IMG/VR virus record: IMGVR_UViG_3300029456_000117
DNA: 64,000 nucleotides
Strand: one strand, 5' to 3'
Origin: a virus
Lineage: Duplodnaviria; Heunggongvirae; Uroviricota; Caudoviricetes
This document shows, in pieces, positions 56,055-64,000 of the stretch. Position numbers and translations under genes: made by a program. The notes beneath the pieces are model-generated. The model was not told where the DNA came from, did no database searches, and saw only the letters and a list, made by a program, of their open reading frames with translations. The number at the start of each line of letters is the position of its first letter. Position 1 is the first letter of the stretch.

Positions 56055-56677
56055 ACCTCCTGTAATTCCACATGGAATGATTTCAATAGTTCATCGTCCA
56101 TATTTGACATAAATGTTCTGTACGATATATCAGGTTTATTTTCCATAAACCACTCTACCGCCTTTTGATTTCTGGCTGTTCTGGCAGATAGATTTCTCCA
56201 ATTATCCTGATACCGAACCCTTTTCAATTCTCCGTACCATACAAGAAATCGTTCTCTCGTGCCGTTCCGGTCAATCCTCATAGGCACATACGGATCAATA
56301 ATCTTATAGTCTATCCGGCAGACTGCTGTTGGAACTGCCATAACCCACATTTCTCCTGTGGCAACGGCATCCGGCACTTTATCCGCTATTTGCTCCGGCA
56401 TGAGGATAGCATCACTCTCTATGTAATACGCATGGATAACAACCGGTACACCAATCCTCGCCATGTTGTACACTACTGTTCCGCCTTGCGGCATCGCTTG
56501 GATTGCACTTAATACATTCGGTGCTGCGCATATTCTCGGAGTGGTGTTGTCCTCATTGGGGCAAATCTGTTTCGGTATTCTCGGTATGAACTTTTCCACT
56601 TCATCAAATGAAACGTGAACCAATTTACTGTTGTTTCTTTTTCCTCTTTGCTTCATCCTTTTTCCGTTGGCGTTCAT
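56045..56677 (-). CDS. hypothetical protein
   Basis: 210-aa ORF. Confidence 0.4.
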   Translation of the reverse strand: MNANGKRMKQRGKRNNSKLVHVSFDEVEKFIPRIPKQICPNEDNTTPRICAAPNVLSAIQAMPQGGTVVYNMARIGVPVVIHAYYIESDAILMPEQIADKVPDAVATGEMWVMAVPTAVCRIDYKIIDPYVPMRIDRNGTRERFLVWYGELKRVRYQDNWRNLSARTARNQKAVEWFMENKPDISYRTFMSNMDDELLKSFHVELQEVWE

Positions 56678-56829
56678 CCCAGTAGGGATGTTCCAACCTT
56701 TCTAGTCCAGTGCATCCTATCTGCAGGCACTTATGGACTTTCATTTGCTTCGTTGATAGATACCCTTTATGTGTTTTGCAGTACGCTACCGGCGATTTAA
56801 CCATATTTTTATCAATGCTCCGAAATAAA

Positions 56830-57645
56830 TCAGGCATGGATAAGAGCTTTCGGGAACTCTTGAATGAGTTCTTCGCCCCAAATGTCCGTGAGGCTTGGTT
56901 TCATAAATACCGGTATGTTGTACTTTCTGCACTGTTCAACAATATTTTCTATCCATTCTCGTCTTGGTATGACTTTATCTTTTCTGCTGCCAGTCTCCGC
57001 TCCTACGATGATCCACTCCGGGATGTATGATTTCTCACTCAGCTCTCCAAAGTCTGCCAGTATAGGCTCTACTGACAAAAACGTATGGAACTCATAGTGT
57101 CCGTCCTGTCCCATATACTCCGTATCTGGATCTGTGACTGTCGTTCCGTACCACATATTATCTCTGAGTGGTAATTCTCCGTAATGATGCAGCTCAATAT
57201 ATCTTCCGGGATTCTTCGTGAGGAAGAGGTAATTATGCTGCGGAGCTTTCTCACAAGCATTAAACACTTCCCTGATCCATCTATCAGGAACCCACTCTCC
57301 AAACACATCCGACATTGATCCGACAAAGATATTTCTCTGCCTCTTTTTGTCTCTGTATTCTCCCATGCGGTATCTGTGTATTGTCGGTACAAATCCGTGT
57401 GGATAAGCACATCTGTACTGTTTCCCGGTCTCATCGTCCACATAATACGGCTGCTCATTGATTTCGTAGACTTTTGAGCCATCATCTCTCGTAAGTTTGT
57501 ACGTTTCCGGCTCTACCAGATGGCAGCCTTTTCTTGATACAAACCGGTTAGCAATACCTCTTGCATAACAATAAGGGCATTTGTGACGGCAACCTGTTAT
57601 GGGATTCCATGTGCTGTCAGCCCATTCTATCTTTGTTTTATCCAT
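56830..57645 (-). CDS. phage Gp37/Gp68 family protein (DUF5131)
   Basis: The N-terminus MDKTKIEWADSTWNPITGCRHKCPYCYA matches the family's TxIEWTDxTWNPxxGC signature. Confidence 0.6.
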   Translation of the reverse strand: MDKTKIEWADSTWNPITGCRHKCPYCYARGIANRFVSRKGCHLVEPETYKLTRDDGSKVYEINEQPYYVDDETGKQYRCAYPHGFVPTIHRYRMGEYRDKKRQRNIFVGSMSDVFGEWVPDRWIREVFNACEKAPQHNYLFLTKNPGRYIELHHYGELPLRDNMWYGTTVTDPDTEYMGQDGHYEFHTFLSVEPILADFGELSEKSYIPEWIIVGAETGSRKDKVIPRREWIENIVEQCRKYNIPVFMKPSLTDIWGEELIQEFPKALIHA

Positions 57646-57874
57646 TGCGTTTCCTCCTGACGTACTTCCCTACATGATTGACGTAGCCGCAATAACAACA
57701 TCTCACATCATCTCTGAGGCGGCTCTTATAAATCTGATTCCCGCAGCATCCACAGTCAAATTCTTTCGGGTTTACTTTATTTTTCTTCATTCTCCTATCG
57801 CTCCTTTGGAAATAATTTGCCGTCAAACCATTCCGGTTCCCGGCGGACTTTGAAATACTTGTACTTCGGATCAT
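57638..57874 (-). CDS. zinc-ribbon protein
   Basis: 78 aa with CGCCGN...CCYCG. Confidence 0.35.
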   Translation of the reverse strand: MIRSTSISKSAGNRNGLTANYFQRSDRRMKKNKVNPKEFDCGCCGNQIYKSRLRDDVRCCYCGYVNHVGKYVRRKRNG

Positions 57875-58355
57875 CGCTTATACTCACAGCCAAAATCCAG
57901 TTGTCGATCATGCTCATTTTTTTAATCCAAACAGGTATCTCGAATCCATCGCATTTCAATATCCACTCGCTGCCAACTGGGTATTTAATAACTGTGTCAT
58001 TCGCAAGATCCGGTTCTGCAAAATAAGGAATACCATAGTCCTCTCTGTTTCCTGCATTATCATCAATGTAACAGGTGGCACATATTTTTCTGGTATTGTT
58101 TCCAAACTTTTCTACCAACTCAGGCAGATTGTCATTGACTGCATCAAACTCTAATCCGTACTGTTTGCACCACTCCACTGCTTTCTGCGTCTGTTCCTCA
58201 TTCCGGCACGTCCAGAGGATGAGTTTTGTTCCGTTTTCTCTTTTGCGAATAAGGTAGCTTATCAATTTCTTATTCGGTGGTCCTATTTCCGGCCATCTGT
58301 TCTCGCAGAGTGTTCCGTCAAAATCTACCGCATATATCTCTGTCGAACTGCTCAT
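57795..58355 (-). CDS. HAD-superfamily phosphatase/nucleotidase
   Basis: DxDGT motif (AVDFDGTL) near the N-terminus. 186 aa. Confidence 0.5.
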   Translation of the reverse strand: MSSSTEIYAVDFDGTLCENRWPEIGPPNKKLISYLIRKRENGTKLILWTCRNEEQTQKAVEWCKQYGLEFDAVNDNLPELVEKFGNNTRKICATCYIDDNAGNREDYGIPYFAEPDLANDTVIKYPVGSEWILKCDGFEIPVWIKKMSMIDNWILAVSISDDPKYKYFKVRREPEWFDGKLFPKER

Positions 58356-58358
58356 CAG

Positions 58359-58670
58359 CTAAATAACCTCCCATCTTCGTAAAAATCTTTTTCTTGCAAC
58401 AACAGTTTCGCAATTATCGGTCGCTCTTAATACCCCCTCTTCATATCCTTGAAATGTCTCTGGATTGAATGTAATTGTTGCGCCTGGGATGAGCATTTTG
58501 CTTAATCTTTCAGCTTTCGGTATCTTTTCTCCCAAAATAGTTCCGCAATTACATATCTCCACAATTCCGTTGGGGTACATTTTTTGACAAGTTTTGCATC
58601 TGCAAACCTTTTTTACCCTCATGTTTCTCCTCCTTTTATCTGTTATCGTTCCTTTCCATTCCCAAATCAA
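58359..58670 (-). CDS. hypothetical Cys-rich protein
   Basis: 103-aa ORF. Confidence 0.35.
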   Translation of the reverse strand: MIWEWKGTITDKRRRNMRVKKVCRCKTCQKMYPNGIVEICNCGTILGEKIPKAERLSKMLIPGATITFNPETFQGYEEGVLRATDNCETVVARKRFLRRWEVI

Positions 58671-59341
58671 ATAGTGATAATTGTGCTCTTTCTCTTTCTA
58701 ACCTTGTATTTGAGGCCTCATACATCTCGGTATCTATCTCAAACCCTACAAACTTCACACCGTTTCTATGGTATGCTATGAGGCTTGACGCGGATCCTAC
58801 GTGGGTGTCAAGCACCACCCCCCCCCCCCGATAGCTTAAAAACACCTACGAGGTATTCGTACAATGCTATCGGTTTCTGGGTTGGATGGATGCGCTTCTC
58901 TGAATTTGTTCCGCCAGTGTTTGAGTATCTGAACAGTTTTGCCGGGAGATTGTAAGAAGTCCACGCAATCTCCGCTTGTGAAAAGGCATCCCACGGCTGC
59001 ACCTTATCCCATACAACAAAACACTTTGTTGGTGGCAGATTGAAATAATTTCCGCCCCATATAATCTGATTTTTCGATACGCGGAACAATTCTTTGAAGT
59101 ATTCCTCCGTTGGCGGTTTGCTATCCCATTCCTTTACCTGTCCACTCCGTTTCAATCTGCTTGCAGTGCTTTCGGCTGGATAACCGTTCTTCGTCCGGCT
59201 CTTATTGGTTCCCATCGCCATGTTCGGCGCATTGATTCCGTATGGTGGGTCTACGATTGCCACATCAAAGTATTTATCAGGGAAAAGTTTCATGCCGGCC
59301 ATACAGTCCATGTTGTAGTAACCAAAATCTAATTTATCCAC
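58636..59341 (-). pseudogene. N6-adenine DNA methyltransferase (DPPY motif) split by a 12-G homopolymer tract. As sequenced it is out of frame (OFF state)
   Basis: The N-terminal ORF 58808-59341 (IVDPPYGINAP) ends GGGGGA-stop inside the tract at 58818-58829. The C-terminal ORF 58636-58845 (VVLDTHVGSASS..., AdoMet motif) continues in another frame. One extra G (or two fewer) fuses them. Confidence 0.6.
58818..58829 (-). repeat. poly-G (12) tract inside methyltransferase 1
   Basis: Homopolymer at the frameshift point. Confidence 0.9.
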
Positions 59342-59998
59342 TTAATAATGCTCACTCCCTTATAACCTTTTTGAAACTCATACCACGCATACGCAACTGC
59401 ACTTCCGCCTCCGGCTTTCATTTCCTCAAACATTCCATTTTTGGCGCACAGAATACGGCTGCGTGACACATATACATATCTCGGAGGGTATTTCTTAAAC
59501 AGCTCGCCTCTTGCCTTTCCCTCCAAGAACTGTAATTTAAGGAACATGAACACCTTTCTCCCGTCCGGTATGATCGTCATTGCGTGTTCAATGAACTCTT
59601 TTGCGTACTTGTACGGAGGATTGGTAAGAATATCGCCATCCCACATTTCTGTTGTCTGCAAGAAGTCTATTCCTCCCTCTCCATACCCTCTGTCGATAAG
59701 GTCCGTACTGCGTACCTCGTACCCAAGTTCTATGAGACGTTCTGATAAGTGTCCTTGTCCTGCAGAGCACTCCCAAATCTTATGATTCAGCTCTGCCCCC
59801 CCCCTGTAACAATGCGTCTACTGCGATAGGGTCTGTCGCATAGTAGTCGTTAATCTCTCTTTCTTTCTCTGTGTGGTTGGATGCACCAAGAGTTGTAAAA
59901 ATGCTCTTGCCATTTCCGGTCCAATCTTTTCCCATTTCTGATCTCCTTATAAATATCCAAATCTGTAACCATATATGGATTCTAGTTCTCCGCGGCAT
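59329..59998 (-). pseudogene. second DNA methyltransferase (NPPY motif) split at a 9-G homopolymer tract
   Basis: The N-terminal ORF 59780-59998 ends at the G-tract 59796-59804. The C-terminal ORF 59329-59661 carries TNPPY. The frames differ across the tract. Confidence 0.5.
59796..59804 (-). repeat. poly-G (9) tract inside methyltransferase 2
   Basis: Homopolymer at the frameshift point. Followed by TGT on the plus strand. Confidence 0.9.
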
Positions 59999-60519
59999 AC
60001 CTTACCGACCGAGTTCGGCGGTAGATTGTACAGTCGTTCCGCCTCACGACATGAGAAAAAGATTTCTTCCTCATCGCCTATGCAGATAACCATGCGATGT
60101 TTCCCCGGCTTGTCCCTGCGGTTTCCGCACTGTACTCTTTTATCAGCCCATCTCAGGTTGTATATGCTGTTGTCGAACCTCTCTCTGTTGTTTATATGGT
60201 CTACTGTGTCATACCGCCGTCTGTTACCCATGTAGAACGTCTGCATAACTATCTGGTGTCTCTTAAATCGCACTTGGTTTCCGTCTGTATCTGTGAACAT
60301 ACTGGAAATATCGTATTTATCTCCGTATGCCATATTGCATAGGATCCCATTCCGTATGAGTCTGCCAAATGATGATATGTAGCACTCCATGTTGAAGTCA
60401 TGCACACTCTTTACTTCCAAATTCTCATCAAACTTAACAAGCCGTGTGACTTTTCTCCATGTTTCTTCCTTGTCCGGGTACTTCCGGCGGATATACTCAA
60501 AAGTTTCTGTTTCTCTCAT
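59947..60519 (-). CDS. HNH homing-type endonuclease
   Basis: VDHINNRERFDNSIYNLRWAD is an HNH (H-N-N) motif. 190 aa. Confidence 0.6.
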   Translation of the reverse strand: MRETETFEYIRRKYPDKEETWRKVTRLVKFDENLEVKSVHDFNMECYISSFGRLIRNGILCNMAYGDKYDISSMFTDTDGNQVRFKRHQIVMQTFYMGNRRRYDTVDHINNRERFDNSIYNLRWADKRVQCGNRRDKPGKHRMVICIGDEEEIFFSCREAERLYNLPPNSVGKVCRGELESIYGYRFGYL

Positions 60520-60785
60520 ACTCTCTCAAATGTGTAGATTGAATTTCTGGTTGTTACCTCAATGTATTTTCCTCTATCCTCGGTCTTGAATCCGATAACT
60601 GTACTCGTAACAATCATGCCGACATACGGTGTTCCATCCGGCTGAGCCAACCATTCAATCATCATGGCATCTCCGTTTCTTGGAGTGGGTTTCTTGCACA
60701 TTCTCCCTACTCTGAGAGGGTATCTGCCCTCAATTCTCGGATTGCCTTTTCTGTCTGTAATTGATACAACTCTATAAGTTTCCAT
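60516..60785 (-). CDS. hypothetical protein
   Basis: 89-aa ORF. Confidence 0.35.
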   Translation of the reverse strand: METYRVVSITDRKGNPRIEGRYPLRVGRMCKKPTPRNGDAMMIEWLAQPDGTPYVGMIVTSTVIGFKTEDRGKYIEVTTRNSIYTFERV

Positions 60786-60795
60786 GGCAGCCTCC

Positions 60796-61326
60796 TTAAT
60801 AAAGATTCCACAAAAACAGTTCTTCGTTTTCTGCCGGATCGCACTTTTCTTTCCATTCCAGTTTTCTCACTACATCCCATGTTTTCATGCAGATATTAGA
60901 TAAGTCGTACCTGTCGTACACCCTCTTGTCGATAAACAGGCGCATATCCAAGTCCTCATCGTAGAGATTGGAACTCATGTATTTCAGATTACGAATATCC
61001 TCATCTGTGGCTTCTGCATGGACTGTTACTGTGATACCATCCAAGTGTTTTAAAATTACCGGATGATCGTCCATTGTCAGACAAGCCGTATAAAGATAGA
61101 TTTTCTGTCTCTTATTCTGCTTTCTGAGCATTTTAATGACTGTGTAGAGCTGTGCCGGATTTATCATAGGCTCTCCGCCGGTAATCACAACTTCCTCATA
61201 GTCCTTTAATGCCGTGATACCGCCAATCACTTTCGCCAATGATGTGTAGTCCAATTTGCTGTTGCAGCACCCCGGGCACTTCCGGTCGCACTTTGATGTG
61301 ATAATTACTCTCGCTGTCTTTTTCAT
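60796..61326 (-). CDS. small radical SAM enzyme, QueE-like (7-carboxy-7-deazaguanine synthase-like)
   Basis: CxxxCxxC cluster (CDRKCPGC) and ITGGEP motif. 176 aa. Confidence 0.5.
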   Translation of the reverse strand: MKKTARVIITSKCDRKCPGCCNSKLDYTSLAKVIGGITALKDYEEVVITGGEPMINPAQLYTVIKMLRKQNKRQKIYLYTACLTMDDHPVILKHLDGITVTVHAEATDEDIRNLKYMSSNLYDEDLDMRLFIDKRVYDRYDLSNICMKTWDVVRKLEWKEKCDPAENEELFLWNLY

Positions 61327-61335
61327 CTTTCCTCC

Positions 61336-62061
61336 TTAATCCATGCCGTCATAAAGGCTTTCAGATAATTCAACCTGTTCGTCTGTCAAATCCCTAAGTG
61401 CATTGATTATCTTCATCTTTGTTTCTTTGCATGGGAAATATCCGTACTTTGCATATCTCAGCATCCGTTCAAAAGTGCTCATTGGAAACGGAATATCTTT
61501 ATCAATTACAATCCGTTTAAGATGCAGATGTTCAAAAAACGCATCATCCATCAGGATTTTGTACTCAATGTGTGTTTCCGGTATTCCAATTTCCTCTAGG
61601 AAATGCTCATCTTCCAGAGTTTCAAACGGAAGTTCTTGTCTTTTCGCTACCGCACCAGTTTCATCCTCTACTTCCTCTTTGTAATATGCGAACTTCGTGA
61701 TTGTGAAATCGAACTTATTCAGAATTTCTTCCGGTTTTCCAAATATTTTGCAACAAAGTTCAATCACAACACCTGTTTCAATGTGTTTGTATGCCTTTAC
61801 ATTGTCGTTTTCGTAGTGGAAATGATATTTCTCATCTCTTACATCGTCTCCGTCATATCCTGGTGTCTGACTGTCAAAATACTGTACCGCATCATCAAAA
61901 TCGCTTTCATTCTCAAAGAAAATATCAAGGTCCTTTACCTTTTCTTTATTGAATATGTTTTTGAAACATCCTCCACATATAAATCCTTTATGACCGGTCA
62001 TGTACTCATCAAGCCAATTTAATATCCAGAAGTTTTCTCTGTCTCTCTTTATTAGAGCCAT
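61336..62061 (-). CDS. nucleotidyltransferase-fold (pol-beta-like) protein
   Basis: GGCFKNIFNKEKVKDLDIFF fits the GS/GG-x(10-13)-DxD NTase signature. 241 aa. Confidence 0.35.
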   Translation of the reverse strand: MALIKRDRENFWILNWLDEYMTGHKGFICGGCFKNIFNKEKVKDLDIFFENESDFDDAVQYFDSQTPGYDGDDVRDEKYHFHYENDNVKAYKHIETGVVIELCCKIFGKPEEILNKFDFTITKFAYYKEEVEDETGAVAKRQELPFETLEDEHFLEEIGIPETHIEYKILMDDAFFEHLHLKRIVIDKDIPFPMSTFERMLRYAKYGYFPCKETKMKIINALRDLTDEQVELSESLYDGMD

Positions 62062-62069
62062 GTTTCCTC

Positions 62070-62606
62070 CTATCTCCGTGCCATTGCTTCCTCGTATAAT
62101 CGTTTGTATACGTCCCTCTCAGCAGTTATCTTTGCAATTTCCAACTGTGTCTCAATGTCCGGCATCTCCACCTTTTCTGCAATAGGTTCAGGTTCTTTCT
62201 CGTCTGGCTTCACTGCTTCATTTGCAGCTTCCGCCCACTTCTTTACCAGATCATTCGATTTGATGTTAATTCCAATACCGATACTTACCGCCAATGCCGC
62301 ATCAATCTTTTTCATTTCCGCCATAGAACACTGCCCTATGTAGTCTCCAACCTTATCCTTATTTACCGTGTCAATCTGCTCACAAAGCACAGTGGACGGA
62401 TATTTTGAACTGTTAATTTTAACGTGTGTCGGCAACGGTTTCTTTTCCTGGGTGGTAAGGTAAACCACTTCCAATATAGGACCTGCGTTGTTGCCAATAT
62501 CATTGCTTATGATTACCGCAGGTCTACCCCCCCCCTGTACATTTCCGCTATATTCACTCTCGTTGCGGATATAGAAGATTTCCCCTCTATAAAATTCTTT
62601 GTTCAT
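62070..62606 (-). CDS. PemK/MazF-like toxin-fold protein with an acidic C-terminal extension
   Basis: GGGRPAVIISNDIGNNAGPILEVVYLTT matches the MazF/PemK core (RPxlvvs...vvPlT). It contains an in-frame 9-G tract (GGG). Confidence 0.5.
   Translation of the reverse strand: MNKEFYRGEIFYIRNESEYSGNVQGGGRPAVIISNDIGNNAGPILEVVYLTTQEKKPLPTHVKINSSKYPSTVLCEQIDTVNKDKVGDYIGQCSMAEMKKIDAALAVSIGIGINIKSNDLVKKWAEAANEAVKPDEKEPEPIAEKVEMPDIETQLEIAKITAERDVYKRLYEEAMARR
62527..62535 (-). repeat. poly-G (9) tract inside the PemK-like gene (in frame)
   Basis: Homopolymer followed by TGT on the plus strand. Confidence 0.9.
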
Positions 62607-62615
62607 AGTGTCCTC

Positions 62616-62993
62616 CTATTCGATTTCATCCTCCTGCGGCATCTCGAATACTCCAAGTGGTTGATCCGCCACATATTCACATACTAAGTCTCTGGGGTTT
62701 TCATCCTGTCCTCTTTCAAACAGCAAATTCATGGTGTAGCAGTCCATAAGCATCGAAATCGCCATTCTGCATTTTTCTTTCGTAGAGTATCTGCCAATCA
62801 CTACTCTACTTTCTCCTACGAGGGCAGCAACCTTGTACCGCCCATCATATTTGCTGTCCGTGCTGTATTCTGTTACCTTGTCGTTGTTCAGAACTACTGC
62901 TCCATCCTGAGACTTAACAAACATCACGTTTTGCCTCTCTTTCCTTAATTCGCCCCATCTGTCGATTGATTTTGAAATCAATTCGATCCTCAA
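62616..62993 (-). CDS. hypothetical protein
   Basis: 125-aa ORF. Confidence 0.35.
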   Translation of the reverse strand: MRIELISKSIDRWGELRKERQNVMFVKSQDGAVVLNNDKVTEYSTDSKYDGRYKVAALVGESRVVIGRYSTKEKCRMAISMLMDCYTMNLLFERGQDENPRDLVCEYVADQPLGVFEMPQEDEIE

Positions 62994-63228
62994 CCTCCGC
63001 TACGCAGTTAAAAATAATTTCCAACTGTGTGAGCATGATCTGTACATCTGCAATTTCATCTATCACTGCTTCTCTCATTTCCGCTGTTTTCTCATCGCTA
63101 CGGCGGAATTTCAGAATGGCTTTGACGAGTTCCGAACACTCTTCAATAGCCATATCCTCCTGTGCATCGTTTCCATACGTTTCTACGATGGTGTTGAGGT
63201 TTCTCATCTGTTCCTGTGTCAATACCAT
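62914..63228 (-). CDS. MazG-like nucleotide pyrophosphohydrolase
   Basis: EECSELVKAI...DEIADVQIML matches the MazG EExxE / ExxD helices. 104 aa. Confidence 0.55.
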   Translation of the reverse strand: MVLTQEQMRNLNTIVETYGNDAQEDMAIEECSELVKAILKFRRSDEKTAEMREAVIDEIADVQIMLTQLEIIFNCVAEVEDRIDFKINRQMGRIKEREAKRDVC

Positions 63229-63234
63229 TACCTC

Positions 63235-63909
63235 CTAATATCTGATATTTAGATTTCCATGTTCATTGATCCAATCAATAATTTCCTTGAATCCAAGACC
63301 TCCCTCATCCCACGGTTTCATAATGTACTCATACTGTTTGGGATGAGTGAGTTTCATCTTTTCAAATCTTCCTGGGGACTTTTCAAGGTGGCATCCATAG
63401 CCGCAGAACATACAACCAGTACGTTCACATCCGGTCGTTTTGAGAACCGGCCTGCCGAGGTCGAAGATTTCCATATTGCTTACATCAGCTAATGTCATTT
63501 GACCGTGTGCCTCATCCTCTGTCACAACTTTTCCGTATACGGAACAGATTTCAAACCTCTTTGGCTGTTTTTTAATGTATTTTCTGGCTTTTCTTCTTTT
63601 GGTCTTATCTGCCCTGCATCGGACTTCCATGTTGCAAGCTGCTAAGTTCTGGTCGTATTCGTCCTGCAACTGCCGTATGTAGAGAAGTATGTCCTGCTCC
63701 GTCCAAAATGCCATTGGTTGGCTTTGCGGATATTTTAATTCAAACGCATTGCACCCTGTTTTCAGCCACCCTATCGTCCTCTTTTGACTTTCCGATGCAA
63801 GCATCGCAAGTATTGGTCTTTTACCGGTTTCTTTGTAATATTTCTTTGCCGGTCTTTTCTTCATTACAGCGCAGCACGTATCATTCACTTCAAATGGAGC
63901 TTCAAGCAT
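63235..63909 (-). CDS. PAPS-reductase-family (PP-loop) protein, C-terminal part. The gene continues upstream across a 7-G tract and beyond the window
   Basis: The upstream frame (..LIVKNGGS..) is offset by one nt relative to this ORF. An 8-G version of the tract at 63950-63956 would fuse them (..TGGGSKKSRFNCEKWRFMLEAPFEVNDTCC..). Confidence 0.45.
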   Translation of the reverse strand: MLEAPFEVNDTCCAVMKKRPAKKYYKETGKRPILAMLASESQKRTIGWLKTGCNAFELKYPQSQPMAFWTEQDILLYIRQLQDEYDQNLAACNMEVRCRADKTKRRKARKYIKKQPKRFEICSVYGKVVTEDEAHGQMTLADVSNMEIFDLGRPVLKTTGCERTGCMFCGYGCHLEKSPGRFEKMKLTHPKQYEYIMKPWDEGGLGFKEIIDWINEHGNLNIRY

Positions 63910-63949
63910 GAACCGCCATTTTTCACAATTAAATCTTGATTTCTTGCTG

Positions 63950-63956
63950 CCCCCCC
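63950..63956 (-). repeat. poly-G (7) tract inside the PAPS-reductase-like gene
   Basis: Homopolymer followed by TGT on the plus strand. Frames differ on either side. Confidence 0.85.
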
Positions 63957-64000
63957 TGTCGTTACTGCGCCTTGAAGCCGTTTTAATCTTGTTTTAGAAC

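Noticed and set aside
1-64000. CRISPR arrays, rRNA genes, transposase/IS elements
   Set aside because: No direct-repeat/spacer periodicity was seen. No rRNA-like conserved blocks were seen. No DDE or IS-type transposase ORFs were recognised.

Overview
This 64 kb window reads as a tailed dsDNA phage or prophage (siphovirus-like), at roughly 42-45% GC, with almost all genes on the minus strand. Map from left to right:

- 472-3395: a complete diversity-generating retroelement (DGR) in canonical order (reverse transcriptase, template repeat, avd, target gene with variable repeat) at the distal end of the tail module.
- 3388-21424: tail and head structural genes, namely tail fibre and Ig-like proteins, Tal-like tail protein, tape measure protein with tandem repeats, G/GT chaperone with a likely -1 frameshift, major tail protein, connectors, major capsid protein, scaffold, Mu-F-like minor head protein and portal.
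- 21.6-33 kb: an accessory RNA region inserted between portal and large terminase. It holds about 12 canonical minus-strand tRNAs (Lys, Thr, initiator-like Met, Ser x2, Asp, Asn, Arg, Glu, Tyr, Met/Ile, Phe). It also holds at least seven non-canonical tRNA-like RNAs of 100-120 nt, a Ro60/Rsr (TROVE+vWA) gene, and a conserved 18-nt motif repeated eight times. HU, an SPFH protein and several hundred nt of ORF-free, apparently structured sequence sit in the same region.
- 33296-34948: large terminase.
- 35-43 kb: early and accessory genes (LemA, DnaQ-like exonuclease, MazG-like, hypotheticals).
- About 43.5-54 kb: a GC-rich plus-strand island, bounded by a putative HTH repressor and operators, carrying an FtsK/SpoIIIE ATPase, a small tyrosine recombinase, an RtcB RNA ligase and a lipoprotein.
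- 54-64 kb: DNA and nucleotide modification genes (two DNA methyltransferases, HNH endonuclease, radical-SAM QueE-like, PAPS-reductase-like, MazG, HAD phosphatase, Gp37/Gp68, PemK-like toxin).

Five long poly-G tracts (7-12 nt) lie in the coding strands of the modification genes. The two methyltransferases and the PAPS-reductase-like gene are frameshifted exactly at these tracts.

The most notable candidate system is phage-encoded: Ro60/Rsr, a tandem array of Y-RNA-like (YrlA-like) tRNA mimics, RtcB and the tRNA array. It echoes the bacterial rsr-yrlBA-rtcBA RNA-repair operon. It sits alongside a DGR and apparently phase-variable DNA-modification genes.
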